DNA from: Candidatus Woesearchaeota archaeon
Lineage (GTDB): Archaea > Nanobdellota > Nanobdellia > Woesearchaeales > UBA10216
Assembly: GCA_016180085.1 (NCBI GenBank)
Contig: JACPBX010000011.1
Location: forward strand, 1 to 51,511
DNA: 51,511 bases
Reading direction: 5' to 3'
The translations under genes were made by a program, and so were the position numbers. The notes under the pieces are model-generated. The model worked only from the letters and a program-made list of their open reading frames with translations. It ran no database searches and was not told where the DNA came from. Positions 10,452-18,456 of the stretch are shown here, in pieces. Within the stretch, counting starts at the first letter, position 1. Each line of letters starts with the position of its first letter.

Positions 10452-10970
10452 TTGAAAAGGGTGCTGGCTGCGCTTGTTGCTGTGCTTGTTCTTGGCATAT
10501 TTGGCTATGCGCTCATAGAAAAAATGCCGTTTGCAGACGCAACGTTATCGGCAGTCTCTGTAATGACAACAACAGGAATTCCGGAGAGCCTGAGCGCGTC
10601 GGGCAAGCTTTTCACGGCAGCTCTCATTATCGCGTCAATCAGCATAGTAGTTGCTGCCTTGGTTAAGTTTTTCAGCCCGCCAGCCGGGGGCGGGGATGAT
10701 ATGCTTACGAACTTTTTTGGCTCTTCTCCACAGGACCAGGGCCTGATTATGAAGGAGGTTAAAGTCAGGAGCGGAAGCTCACTGGCCGGGCTGCAGAAGT
10801 CCCAGATTATCCAAAGGCATGGCGTGGTTGTTGTTGGCGTGAAGCACAAGGGTGGCTTTGACATAAACGCGCCGTTAAGCATGAGGGTAAAAGCAGGCTC
10901 AACAGTGCTCATTCTTGGAACTCCTGCGACGGCAATGGCTGTTGAGAGAAAAAAGAAAGCCGGCAGATAA
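10452..10970 (+). CDS. Two-TM pore-loop channel-like domain fused to a TrkA-C (RCK_C) domain
   Basis: TM1, pore helix (FADATLSAVSVMTTTG), TM2, then EVKVRSGSSLAG..VVVGVK..GSTVLILG. Confidence 0.8.
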   Translation: MKRVLAALVAVLVLGIFGYALIEKMPFADATLSAVSVMTTTGIPESLSASGKLFTAALIIASISIVVAALVKFFSPPAGGGDDMLTNFFGSSPQDQGLIMKEVKVRSGSSLAGLQKSQIIQRHGVVVVGVKHKGGFDINAPLSMRVKAGSTVLILGTPATAMAVERKKKAGR

Positions 10971-10984
10971 AAGGTAGATAAAAG

Positions 10985-13450
10985 TCACAGGGAAGGCATT
11001 ATCTTCTGCATTGCGGCATACGATAGGGACATGTAAGCGGCAATTGCTGCCAGGGCTGACGGGAACCCGAGCAAGACTGTTGCCGGCACTGCCAACCCCG
11101 AATCTTTATAAGGCGACGGCTTCGGATGCAAAATCTCATTAATTGTTCTTTTTGGCGAGAAGCTGAGGAGAAACTCCTGCCAGTAGCTTTTCTGGGTTAT
11201 TTCGTGTCGCAGGTAAGCGATGCCTGGTATCAACAGCGGCCTTATTTCGCTCTCAAGTTGCTGTTGCTGCCCTTTCTCTTTTAGTATTGACTCGTTTTCC
11301 AAATCGGTAAGCATTTCTTCAAGCGTCTGCCTTGCTTCCCTGGCGAGGGGTTTCGGAAAAAGGCTTGGAGTGTGCCTAATTGCTTCAACCAGATGCATCC
11401 TTGCCATGAGGTGATGGTAAATCTGCGCCCTGAGGTTTTCAGGGTTTGTGGCAGTGTCCCTGCTCCTGTAGCCGACAAGCTCAAGATGCCTCAGGACAGC
11501 GGCTGCTTCATAGCGCATTTTCAGGATTTTCCTGTTGACGCGCTGATGCGTTCCTTTCTCTAACCTGCCGATAAAATACTCTGTTAACTCCTTATGAGCG
11601 ACTGGACCAATGTGTGGCCCATAGAACTCCAGAATGTTCACAAGCTCAAAAAACACAGGCAATATTCTTACCTGCTCCCAGTCAACCTTTCCGCAAAGGT
11701 TTCCATGTAAGCCACCAAATATCGGATTTCGCTGCGTCCAATCAGTATAAACAGCCCATGTTGAAGGGTCCTGCAGCAGCACGAAACCAAGGCCGGCAGT
11801 GCCCTCCAGCACGCTGTTGGCGAACTTCTCGCTGAAGTCCACGCCGTTTGAGGCCTGCACCCTCGAAATAAACAAATCAAATATTCTATGCATAAAGTAT
11901 ACTGAAAACCCCTGCGCTGTGTTGGGCTGCTCGGGATTTACCCCTTCTTTTCTGAACTGTTCGGCTACTGATGGCACGTTAGCAATAGAATATGAGTATG
12001 TCGCAGCCGCGGCTGGCTCGGCAACCTTGATCTTGCCTTCCTTCCTGAGTTTCTCTCCCGCAACAATCACTTTCACAAGCAAATCAAGGACAGCCTTTAC
12101 GTCAGAACGGCTCAAGGTGCCATTGATTGCCTTTTGCAGCATGGTTGCGCTACCCATGCTTTCAAGCTCAATGTAGTGGTACTGGCCATCAAAGCCCTGC
12201 CTGACAACCCTTGGCAGCATTCCAGGCAGCTCCCGCGAAAAAGCAATTATGTTTTCTACTTCCTCATCCAGCGATGCCTTGTTCCTGCTGCGCTTTATGT
12301 ACAGCTCCCCATCCGGGTCGACAAGCACCTCATTCCTTGATTCACCCACAGCTGCAAAAGCCAGGCTGGGGTCCTGCCTGAGAAGCCCGGAATAAATGTG
12401 CATCTCAAGATTCGCTGCAGCCTCATTTCCGGTTGCCTCAAAGAACAGCGCCCTTATCCTGCGCAGCTGCCTGTTTCTCGGCTCGGCAGCAGCCGCCTGC
12501 GCCAACAGGGAATTCGCGGCAGCCAGGTTTCCGCCAGCAAACTCGTGCATTGCCTTTTGAACCCTGGTGTAAATTCCTTCTTCAGCGCTGCTGCCACGAT
12601 AAGACCTTCTCACCTTTCTTCTAATCAGCCAGTCAGAAATCCCTCGTGAATCGTCCTGCCGGGCAGCCGCCCTCAGCATTCTCTTATAAGCGTTCATTGC
12701 CTCAGCGCTTTGCCCGGCTTTCATGTAGGCATCGCCAAGCCGCAGCAGGACTGCTTTTTCTTTTTCTTTGGAATGTGGAACATTGGCAAGGCGCTCAAGG
12801 TGGCTTATCGCCTTCCCGGGCTTCCCGGTTATTTTGTCAAATTTAACAGCCACAATATGCGCTGCAGTGGCCAGGCTTTCAGAATGCAGAAGTCTTTCCA
12901 AGCCGCTGAGCAGGACATAAGCGCCCAGGCCATTAACCACGCTGAAGGCAATCTCGGGAGTAAGGTTTGGCAGCTGCTGGAATAGTCCTGAATAAAAGCC
13001 GCTGAAGTCGCTGCTTAAATCAACCTGCCTTTTGTAGAGGTCGTAGCTGACTGAGCCTGCAAGCGCTGTTGCAAATGAGATTGCCGAAAAAACCGGCTTG
13101 AACTGGAACAGCCTGTTGTAAATTCCGGCAGCAGTCTCAGTTCCGAGGCCCTGGTGCTCTATACGCTTGTCATTCGCAGCTATTCGCGCTGCCTTGTCTG
13201 CAAGAATGTAAGTTAATGCACCGACAGCCACAGGCGTGTAAGCCGGATTTCCAGGAATGGAAAGCGCCGCATTCGCAACAGCTGCCGCAGCCGGCATTTT
13301 TTCCATAAGCCGCTGCTGAAGAGTGGGCTTTTCCTTTCCTCGCTGCCGCAAAGCAACTTGCGCAGTGTCGAAAGAAACGGTTTGCCTGAGGCTTTGCTCT
13401 ATAAGCTCTTCGAGGCTTTGGCCACCATCAGGGCTGCCTTTCTCATGCAT
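10985..13450 (-). CDS. Membrane protein with TPR repeats and an APH/protein-kinase-like phosphotransferase domain
   Basis: N-terminal hydrophobic helices; TPR-like LRLGDAYMKAGQSAEAMNAY; kinase-like YIKR..EEVE, YTDWTQRN and VDWE; C-terminal TM. Confidence 0.65.
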   Translation of the reverse strand: MHEKGSPDGGQSLEELIEQSLRQTVSFDTAQVALRQRGKEKPTLQQRLMEKMPAAAAVANAALSIPGNPAYTPVAVGALTYILADKAARIAANDKRIEHQGLGTETAAGIYNRLFQFKPVFSAISFATALAGSVSYDLYKRQVDLSSDFSGFYSGLFQQLPNLTPEIAFSVVNGLGAYVLLSGLERLLHSESLATAAHIVAVKFDKITGKPGKAISHLERLANVPHSKEKEKAVLLRLGDAYMKAGQSAEAMNAYKRMLRAAARQDDSRGISDWLIRRKVRRSYRGSSAEEGIYTRVQKAMHEFAGGNLAAANSLLAQAAAAEPRNRQLRRIRALFFEATGNEAAANLEMHIYSGLLRQDPSLAFAAVGESRNEVLVDPDGELYIKRSRNKASLDEEVENIIAFSRELPGMLPRVVRQGFDGQYHYIELESMGSATMLQKAINGTLSRSDVKAVLDLLVKVIVAGEKLRKEGKIKVAEPAAAATYSYSIANVPSVAEQFRKEGVNPEQPNTAQGFSVYFMHRIFDLFISRVQASNGVDFSEKFANSVLEGTAGLGFVLLQDPSTWAVYTDWTQRNPIFGGLHGNLCGKVDWEQVRILPVFFELVNILEFYGPHIGPVAHKELTEYFIGRLEKGTHQRVNRKILKMRYEAAAVLRHLELVGYRSRDTATNPENLRAQIYHHLMARMHLVEAIRHTPSLFPKPLAREARQTLEEMLTDLENESILKEKGQQQQLESEIRPLLIPGIAYLRHEITQKSYWQEFLLSFSPKRTINEILHPKPSPYKDSGLAVPATVLLGFPSALAAIAAYMSLSYAAMQKIMPSL

Positions 13451-13507
13451 GAAGCCTAAATTAAGAACTCAGAATAAATATTTTGCCAAACCTTATTGGT
13501 CACCGCG

Positions 13508-13894
13508 CTATTTAACGAACTCTACACCTTCCATGTCTTTAAACTGCATGTCGCCGGTGAGGAATCTGATTCCCTTTTCAACTGCAAAAATGTATCCGAC
13601 ACAATCAACATAACTAAGGTCTCTGCCCTTATTTTGGGCCTTGAACAGCATAGCTCTTTTTATTGTTGCATCGTCGACATAAATGCAAAATTCCTTATAC
13701 CTGTCATAGTAGCGTTCTGCGGCATCAATGCCGGAAGTGACAAGAAGCCGGTAATATAATTCCATAAGATTCAATCTCGTAATGGCAATACCCCTATCGG
13801 TTATGTATGGCGAGTAATTTTTGTTGCCTTTGGCGATTTCAAAAAGGGCGTAGGTATCGTAAAAGAACGCCTTTTCCTCTGCTGCTTTCGCCAT
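13508..13894 (-). CDS. vapC: PIN-domain (VapC) toxin
   Basis: FYDTYALFE, LSYVDC, FLTGD acidic PIN motifs; lies downstream of an AbrB-type gene. Confidence 0.9.
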   Translation of the reverse strand: MAKAAEEKAFFYDTYALFEIAKGNKNYSPYITDRGIAITRLNLMELYYRLLVTSGIDAAERYYDRYKEFCIYVDDATIKRAMLFKAQNKGRDLSYVDCVGYIFAVEKGIRFLTGDMQFKDMEGVEFVK

Positions 13895-13906
13895 GCGTTA
13901 CGCCTC

Positions 13907-14137
13907 TCACGCCTCATCAGAGGAACTCTTCCATCCTTTCCTGGCAAGATTCTTGAATTCCTGGCCGGTCATCTCTGTTTTTAATTTGCCAAAAACGTCT
14001 TCTAAATTTCCCCTTTTGAACACGCTTACCACCATGTCATCGCCTTCCTTAATCCCCTGGCTCTTTACAGTATCCTTTGGGAGTATGATCCCGATTGAGT
14101 TCCCCCATTTTTTTGCAAACACCATTCGCACAATCAC
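13907..14137 (-). CDS. vapB: AbrB/MazE/SpoVT-family antitoxin
   Basis: KKWGNSIGIILPK...IKEGD motif; 76 aa. Confidence 0.9.
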   Translation of the reverse strand: MIVRMVFAKKWGNSIGIILPKDTVKSQGIKEGDDMVVSVFKRGNLEDVFGKLKTEMTGQEFKNLARKGWKSSSDEA

Positions 14138-14160
14138 CGCACCCAGTTTAGTTATACTTT

Positions 14161-14190
14161 AAGTTAACTAAAAGTTAACTCATATATAAA
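14161..14190 (-). promoter_or_regulatory. vapBC promoter with two palindromic operator boxes
   Basis: Minus-strand TTTATATA (14183-14190) followed by AGTTAACT palindromes at 14173-14180 and 14162-14169. Confidence 0.6.
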
Positions 14191-14223
14191 TGTTGCGAAA
14201 CATCGCGCCTGCAATCACCCACA

Positions 14224-14880
14224 TCAGTTATTTGTATTCCTGCGTTGAGCATAAGATTCTATAAAACGCTGAAGGGTGTTGGAGGCTTCTGCGCCGAGCC
14301 TGCCTAAAACATGCTGCAGCGCAGCCTGGCCTGAGCTTAATACATCATCAAGCTCTGACAGCACAAGATATCTTAGCGAGACAACATTTGCCGAAATATT
14401 GCGCCAGGAGCCGTTGCTTGGCGGCACATTGGCGCCTGGTGCGAAAAACACATCCCTCTGACCTGGTGGGGTTTGTACTGTTATCTTAACAGAGTACGGC
14501 TGAGGCTCACATTCCACTTTGGCGCCAAAAAACTCCTGCACTTTTGGTATGTCTGCAACCAGCTGCCGGAAGAACGGAACCAATTGCATAGCCTTTTGCT
14601 TAGCTAGCTGCTCTTCAGCTTCAGAGCGTGGCCTCTGATAGTGCGAAGTCAAGCTTTGCACAGCTCTTTGCTCAGCCGGCTGCCCTTCTACAGCCTTTTC
14701 AAGCCCACTTCCTCCCTCTTCAATATGCTCAAGCGCCCTCTCAGCAGTGTAGTGCATTGCCGCATTTGCCACAACGAACTGTAGCACTTCCGAAGGCACA
14801 GGCGGCTGCCACAGCTTACGATGCGCTTCTGTCAACTCCGTCAATTCTGCTGCCATCTTTAACACTTCCTCTTGCAGCAA
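14224..14880 (-). CDS. Hypothetical protein
   Basis: 218-aa ORF with protein-like composition (start TTG 14880 or ATG 14856); minus-strand TATA-like CTTTAATA at 14897-14904. Confidence 0.65.
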   Translation of the reverse strand: MLQEEVLKMAAELTELTEAHRKLWQPPVPSEVLQFVVANAAMHYTAERALEHIEEGGSGLEKAVEGQPAEQRAVQSLTSHYQRPRSEAEEQLAKQKAMQLVPFFRQLVADIPKVQEFFGAKVECEPQPYSVKITVQTPPGQRDVFFAPGANVPPSNGSWRNISANVVSLRYLVLSELDDVLSSGQAALQHVLGRLGAEASNTLQRFIESYAQRRNTNN

Positions 14881-15201
14881 TACTGTTAGTAAGCTGTATT
14901 AAAGGATTTTTCGGCGGAAAAGCCGCAAATCTTCTCTGCGCCATTGAAAAATTTACGCCAGTGCCGGAAATCTATCAAAAAACCTGCTTATTTTTGAAAA
15001 ATTTCCGAAACAACCGAAAGCTTTTTGCATTGTTTTTGGCGGGGCTTCGGCACGGCCGGGTTAGATGCCTTCCAAGATTATGATCTTTAAGACCATAATC
15101 ACCATCTGTTTCGTATCTTTTATTTATCTTCCATAAGCCCATACGGCTTATTTTCAGAGACATGCAAACCTTAGAAGCTGCTTAGAATAAAAACGCTAAA
15201 G

Positions 15202-15717
15202 TCACTGTTGCTTTATTGTGCAATCCGTCGGGTTTATCCCAACTGCGGCGTATAGGCGTTTAAGGAATCGGTTTATCCGTGCTGCTTCGGTGGGGTCCTC
15301 TTCAGCCTTTGTTAAAGATTGGGGAGTAGTCCAAAAGCTTTTCACAACAGCATCACACCCGCTTGTTGCTTTAAATGGCACAGAATCGTTTGTGCCCTTT
15401 TCCACGTTAAGCACAACAAAACGATATTGGGGTGGGACAACAAGGGCGCCTTTAACTCCGCTCTGCAGAAATTCGACATAATAATAGGGTATTCCATTCA
15501 CTCTAAACTCGAAATCAACTTTAGGCGTATACCCGTCACCGCTAGTTCTTTTTGTTACGCGAACATAATCCTGCTCTACAGTAGCCTCAAGCATTGGCGT
15601 TGGGATATTTGTCAGCTGTGGTGATGGTGCCTGATTTGTGCAGGCAGCAGCCACAGCTAAAGCTAACACTGCAGCTGTTGTTATGTACTTCGGCCTTAAC
15701 ATGGTTCTGATGCTCAT
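15202..15717 (-). CDS. Putative secreted lipoprotein
   Basis: Basic N-region, hydrophobic H-region and lipobox-like AAAC; minus-strand GAAAAGA-TTTATATG promoter at about 15743-15757. Confidence 0.7.
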   Translation of the reverse strand: MSIRTMLRPKYITTAAVLALAVAAACTNQAPSPQLTNIPTPMLEATVEQDYVRVTKRTSGDGYTPKVDFEFRVNGIPYYYVEFLQSGVKGALVVPPQYRFVVLNVEKGTNDSVPFKATSGCDAVVKSFWTTPQSLTKAEEDPTEAARINRFLKRLYAAVGINPTDCTIKQQ

Positions 15718-15802
15718 TGCATCGCAGTGTCATCTTTCTCTACATATAAATCTTTTCATAGTAGTAACAAAAACGTGGTGAAGAATTGATGCAAAAGGGA
15801 TG

Positions 15803-15962
15803 GGCAGTTCACAACCTGCCTTCCGCCAAGCCCTGCTCGCTAAAGAGTAATGCTGCGATCAGGACAATCGCATAGGCTGCCCGGGGCAGGAAAGCAGGGA
15901 TGGCAATAAGTACAGCTTAGTGTCTGGAACTGTGCCTTTGGAACAAATGATAAAAGGCGGGA
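15803..15962 (+). ncRNA. Candidate structured non-coding RNA (unassigned)
   Basis: Six mutually compatible stems found by eye; G-U pairs favour the + strand; no convincing ORF. Confidence 0.35.
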
Positions 15963-16013
15963 TAGTTACTGACGTGCCGCTGCTGAAGCACTAGGCGTAT
16001 TTCAGAGCTTTTT

Positions 16014-16030
16014 CCGAAAAACTTATATAA
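16014..16030 (+). promoter_or_regulatory. Archaeal BRE-TATA promoter of the pilin-like locus
   Basis: CCGAAAA-A-CTTATATAA ending about 22 nt before ATG 16052, consistent with a leaderless mRNA. Confidence 0.6.
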
Positions 16031-16051
16031 GCACCTTCCAATAATTCTCGT

Positions 16052-16210
16052 ATGGCTTTGCCTATTGCTGTGACAGGGAAAAAAGGCACAATCATACTGT
16101 CAAAAGTGCTGATGGCGAGCGTGCTTGTCCTGGCTTCGGCAGTAATACTTTTTCTTGTAATAAGAACAGTCTTGTGCAGGACAGGAGCATGGTCTGGCGG
16201 TGTTTGCTGA
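16052..16210 (+). CDS. 52-aa micro-pilin-like protein (not in the ORF track)
   Basis: MALPIAVTGKKG/TIILSKVLMASVLVLASAVILFLVIRTVLCRTGAWSGGVC; its stop abuts the next ATG. Confidence 0.7.
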   Translation: MALPIAVTGKKGTIILSKVLMASVLVLASAVILFLVIRTVLCRTGAWSGGVC

Positions 16211-17254
16211 ATGTCAAAACAGAAATTGACAGCGCAGGGGAAAAAAGGGCTCACCCAATCGCAGACTGTAGGGATGCTGGCTGTTTTGGGCCTTGGCATC
16301 CTGCTGCTGCAGTTTACCAAGCCGCTTGTATCAGTTGCTAACGCCCAGAGCATTATTGAGGACTGTAAGTTCAGTGTTGGCCTGTCAAGCTGGCAGCTGA
16401 ACTTCAACAACTGGGTTAAGGACATCAACGTCGTAGACAGCCCTTTCAGGCTTAATTGCAAGACAATATTTACAGAAATAACCAAAGAGAGCATAAACCG
16501 GGCAGACGACAAGATAAAGCTGAGTAACGACCCAACCGAAAGGGTTGATCAGCTAAAAGAGGCTATTATGAAAAACATGAGGGAATGCTGGTATATGTAT
16601 GGTGAAGGCAAGGTGAAAATTCAGCAGACAGGGCTTTTCGAGAACGGCGAAACATCGTGCCTTGTTTGCTCGGAGATAGTGCCAAATCAAGAGTTCATAG
16701 ACAAGTTTGGCAACAAGAATCCTCTTGATGCGATGTACACTTACGCTGTAAATTCAAGGATTCCTCCTAAGGACGAAAAAAGTTACATGAATTATTTGCT
16801 TGAAGGCGCTGATCCTAGGCCAACTGGCTATCCTGACAGATCTGTTGTGCTGGACAGGCAGTATTCTGTGGTTTTTGCTGTGCATTCCAAGGAAGACGTT
16901 GATTCTGTGGGCGAAAAGGTTACTAAGAAGGTTTTCGGGTGGGATAGCAAAGCTAATACAAGCGCAGGCATCGTTGACTGCTACGTTGGCGGTGAGGGTA
17001 AGCTTACTGGCGATGAAGCTGAGGAGATTGGCTGTGACAGCAGCGGCAATAATCCTGGCCTGATTTTCGGGAAGGTTGTTGATGGCGGCACGAATGTTGA
17101 GCTGGCAACCTGGAAAAACCTTGTTGTTGGGGTTGCGACCGGAGGGGTTGGCATTTTGATTGGCGGGGATACGTTCAGGCTTAAGACCTACCCGGAGACA
17201 GTTCGCCTTGTTCCCACTGAAAGCCTGGCCAAATACTGCAAACGGCTCTACTAG
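16211..17254 (+). CDS. Class III signal-peptide surface protein (paralog A)
   Basis: KKG/LTQSQ + hydrophobic helix; MRECWYMYGEGK..CLVC. Confidence 0.75.
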   Translation: MSKQKLTAQGKKGLTQSQTVGMLAVLGLGILLLQFTKPLVSVANAQSIIEDCKFSVGLSSWQLNFNNWVKDINVVDSPFRLNCKTIFTEITKESINRADDKIKLSNDPTERVDQLKEAIMKNMRECWYMYGEGKVKIQQTGLFENGETSCLVCSEIVPNQEFIDKFGNKNPLDAMYTYAVNSRIPPKDEKSYMNYLLEGADPRPTGYPDRSVVLDRQYSVVFAVHSKEDVDSVGEKVTKKVFGWDSKANTSAGIVDCYVGGEGKLTGDEAEEIGCDSSGNNPGLIFGKVVDGGTNVELATWKNLVVGVATGGVGILIGGDTFRLKTYPETVRLVPTESLAKYCKRLY

Positions 17255-17265
17255 AACCTACGAGA

Positions 17266-18213
17266 ATGAAGCGCGCATTACATAAAAAAGGTCTTACGAA
17301 CGAAACTATTGTTCTTCTTATTCTTGTGCTGGTGGCTCTTATCTTTTCGGTGTTCCACTTCGGCAAAGGCGTTGGCGAGGCGAGCAACAAGTCTGTGGAG
17401 GTAACGGCATGCAGGGCAAGCGTTGACAGGAATGCCAGGCTGCACATAAACGGCATAGAGTTTCCAACAAGCCTGAACTGCCCGGCGCAGAAGGTGAGGA
17501 TAACAAAGGCTGGCACTGCCGAGGCGCAGGACTCTGCGAAGAAGCTGATAGCTGATGCGATGTACGACTGCTGGTACAAGTACGGCGAGGGAAAACTTAA
17601 CCTTTTCAAGGACGAGGCAACGTTCTGCTCGGTTTGCGCATTCGTCAATATTGAAACAGAGGAGCCTGTTAAGGGCTTGCCAGCTTATCTCATGACCGAG
17701 CAGTCGCCTGACAAAAGCGGGAAGCTTTACTCTGATTACCTTGCAAGCTACAAGACTTCAAAGGCAGAGCAGGTTCTTGGCGCGATAAAGGACACTCCTC
17801 TTCTTGACAGGGCTTCAGGGGCTGAGCTGAAAGGCAAAACCAACTACGCGGTGGTTTTTGTATATGCAAAAGGCAATGATGAGCTGGAAAAGCTGGCAAA
17901 CCACCTGACTGCCCAGACAACAGCAGGCAAGACAGGGCTTATCATAGGCGTTGGGGCTGGCTCGGTTGCCGGAACAACTGCCGCATTGACGCTGGTAAGC
18001 TTTGGAGTTGCCGCAGGCCCTGTCGGCTGGGCTGCTCTCGGAGTTGGTGTTTCAGTCCTGGCTGTTGTTGAGGTTGTTTCATTTTTTGCAAGCCCTGACA
18101 ATGTTCCTGAATGGGCTGCCCTTACCGCATTGAGGGAGTGGAACTCTGCAGAAACCGATAACATACTCAGGGATGACTTTGGCTGCACATATTTCCCGGC
18201 AAAGCTTGAATAG
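17266..18213 (+). CDS. Class III signal-peptide surface protein (paralog B)
   Basis: KKG/LTNE + hydrophobic helix; MYDCWYKYGEGK..CSVC; C-terminal Gly/Ala hydrophobic hairpin. Confidence 0.75.
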   Translation: MKRALHKKGLTNETIVLLILVLVALIFSVFHFGKGVGEASNKSVEVTACRASVDRNARLHINGIEFPTSLNCPAQKVRITKAGTAEAQDSAKKLIADAMYDCWYKYGEGKLNLFKDEATFCSVCAFVNIETEEPVKGLPAYLMTEQSPDKSGKLYSDYLASYKTSKAEQVLGAIKDTPLLDRASGAELKGKTNYAVVFVYAKGNDELEKLANHLTAQTTAGKTGLIIGVGAGSVAGTTAALTLVSFGVAAGPVGWAALGVGVSVLAVVEVVSFFASPDNVPEWAALTALREWNSAETDNILRDDFGCTYFPAKLE

Positions 18214-18291
18214 GAAGGGCTTGGGCGGCAGAGGCAGCGAATAAATATAAATAGCAGCCGTATAGGAAGATAAAAAGAAAAAGGTGTGCAT

Positions 18292-18456
18292 ATGAGTCTT
18301 ACTAGGTTTGGGAAGAAAGGGCAGGAAGCTTCGCCCTGGGGCCATCTTGGAGGCTGGATAATAGCCCTTGCCGTCCTCATCATTTTGGTGGTAGTCATGC
18401 TCTCGGCTTTCGGAATCATTAACCTTGACTTCATAAGGAATGCGAGGTTTGGATAA
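18292..18456 (+). CDS. 54-aa micro-pilin-like protein (not in the ORF track)
   Basis: MSLTRFGKKG/QEASPWGHLGGWIIALAVLIILVVVMLSAFGIINLDFIRNARFG; SD-like AAGGTG upstream; TAATG overlap with the giant gene. Confidence 0.75.
   Translation: MSLTRFGKKGQEASPWGHLGGWIIALAVLIILVVVMLSAFGIINLDFIRNARFG

Noticed and set aside
14975-15163. 62-aa minus-strand ORF as a real gene
   Set aside because: No recognisable motif and it overlaps hairpin-rich sequence; left unannotated.
15946-15986. C/D-box guide sRNA (ATGATAA..CTGA..CTGA)
   Set aside because: Box C is imperfect, there is no C' box, the second guide is too short, and no rRNA target was recognised.
15802-15993. Stop-readthrough or recoded small gene (..LLAKE*CCDQ..)
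   Set aside because: The stop is TAA, there is no other evidence of recoding, and RNA structure explains the region better.
15991-16512. 173-aa minus-strand ORF
   Set aside because: Antisense shadow of the micro-pilin and paralog A, which have a promoter and signal peptides.
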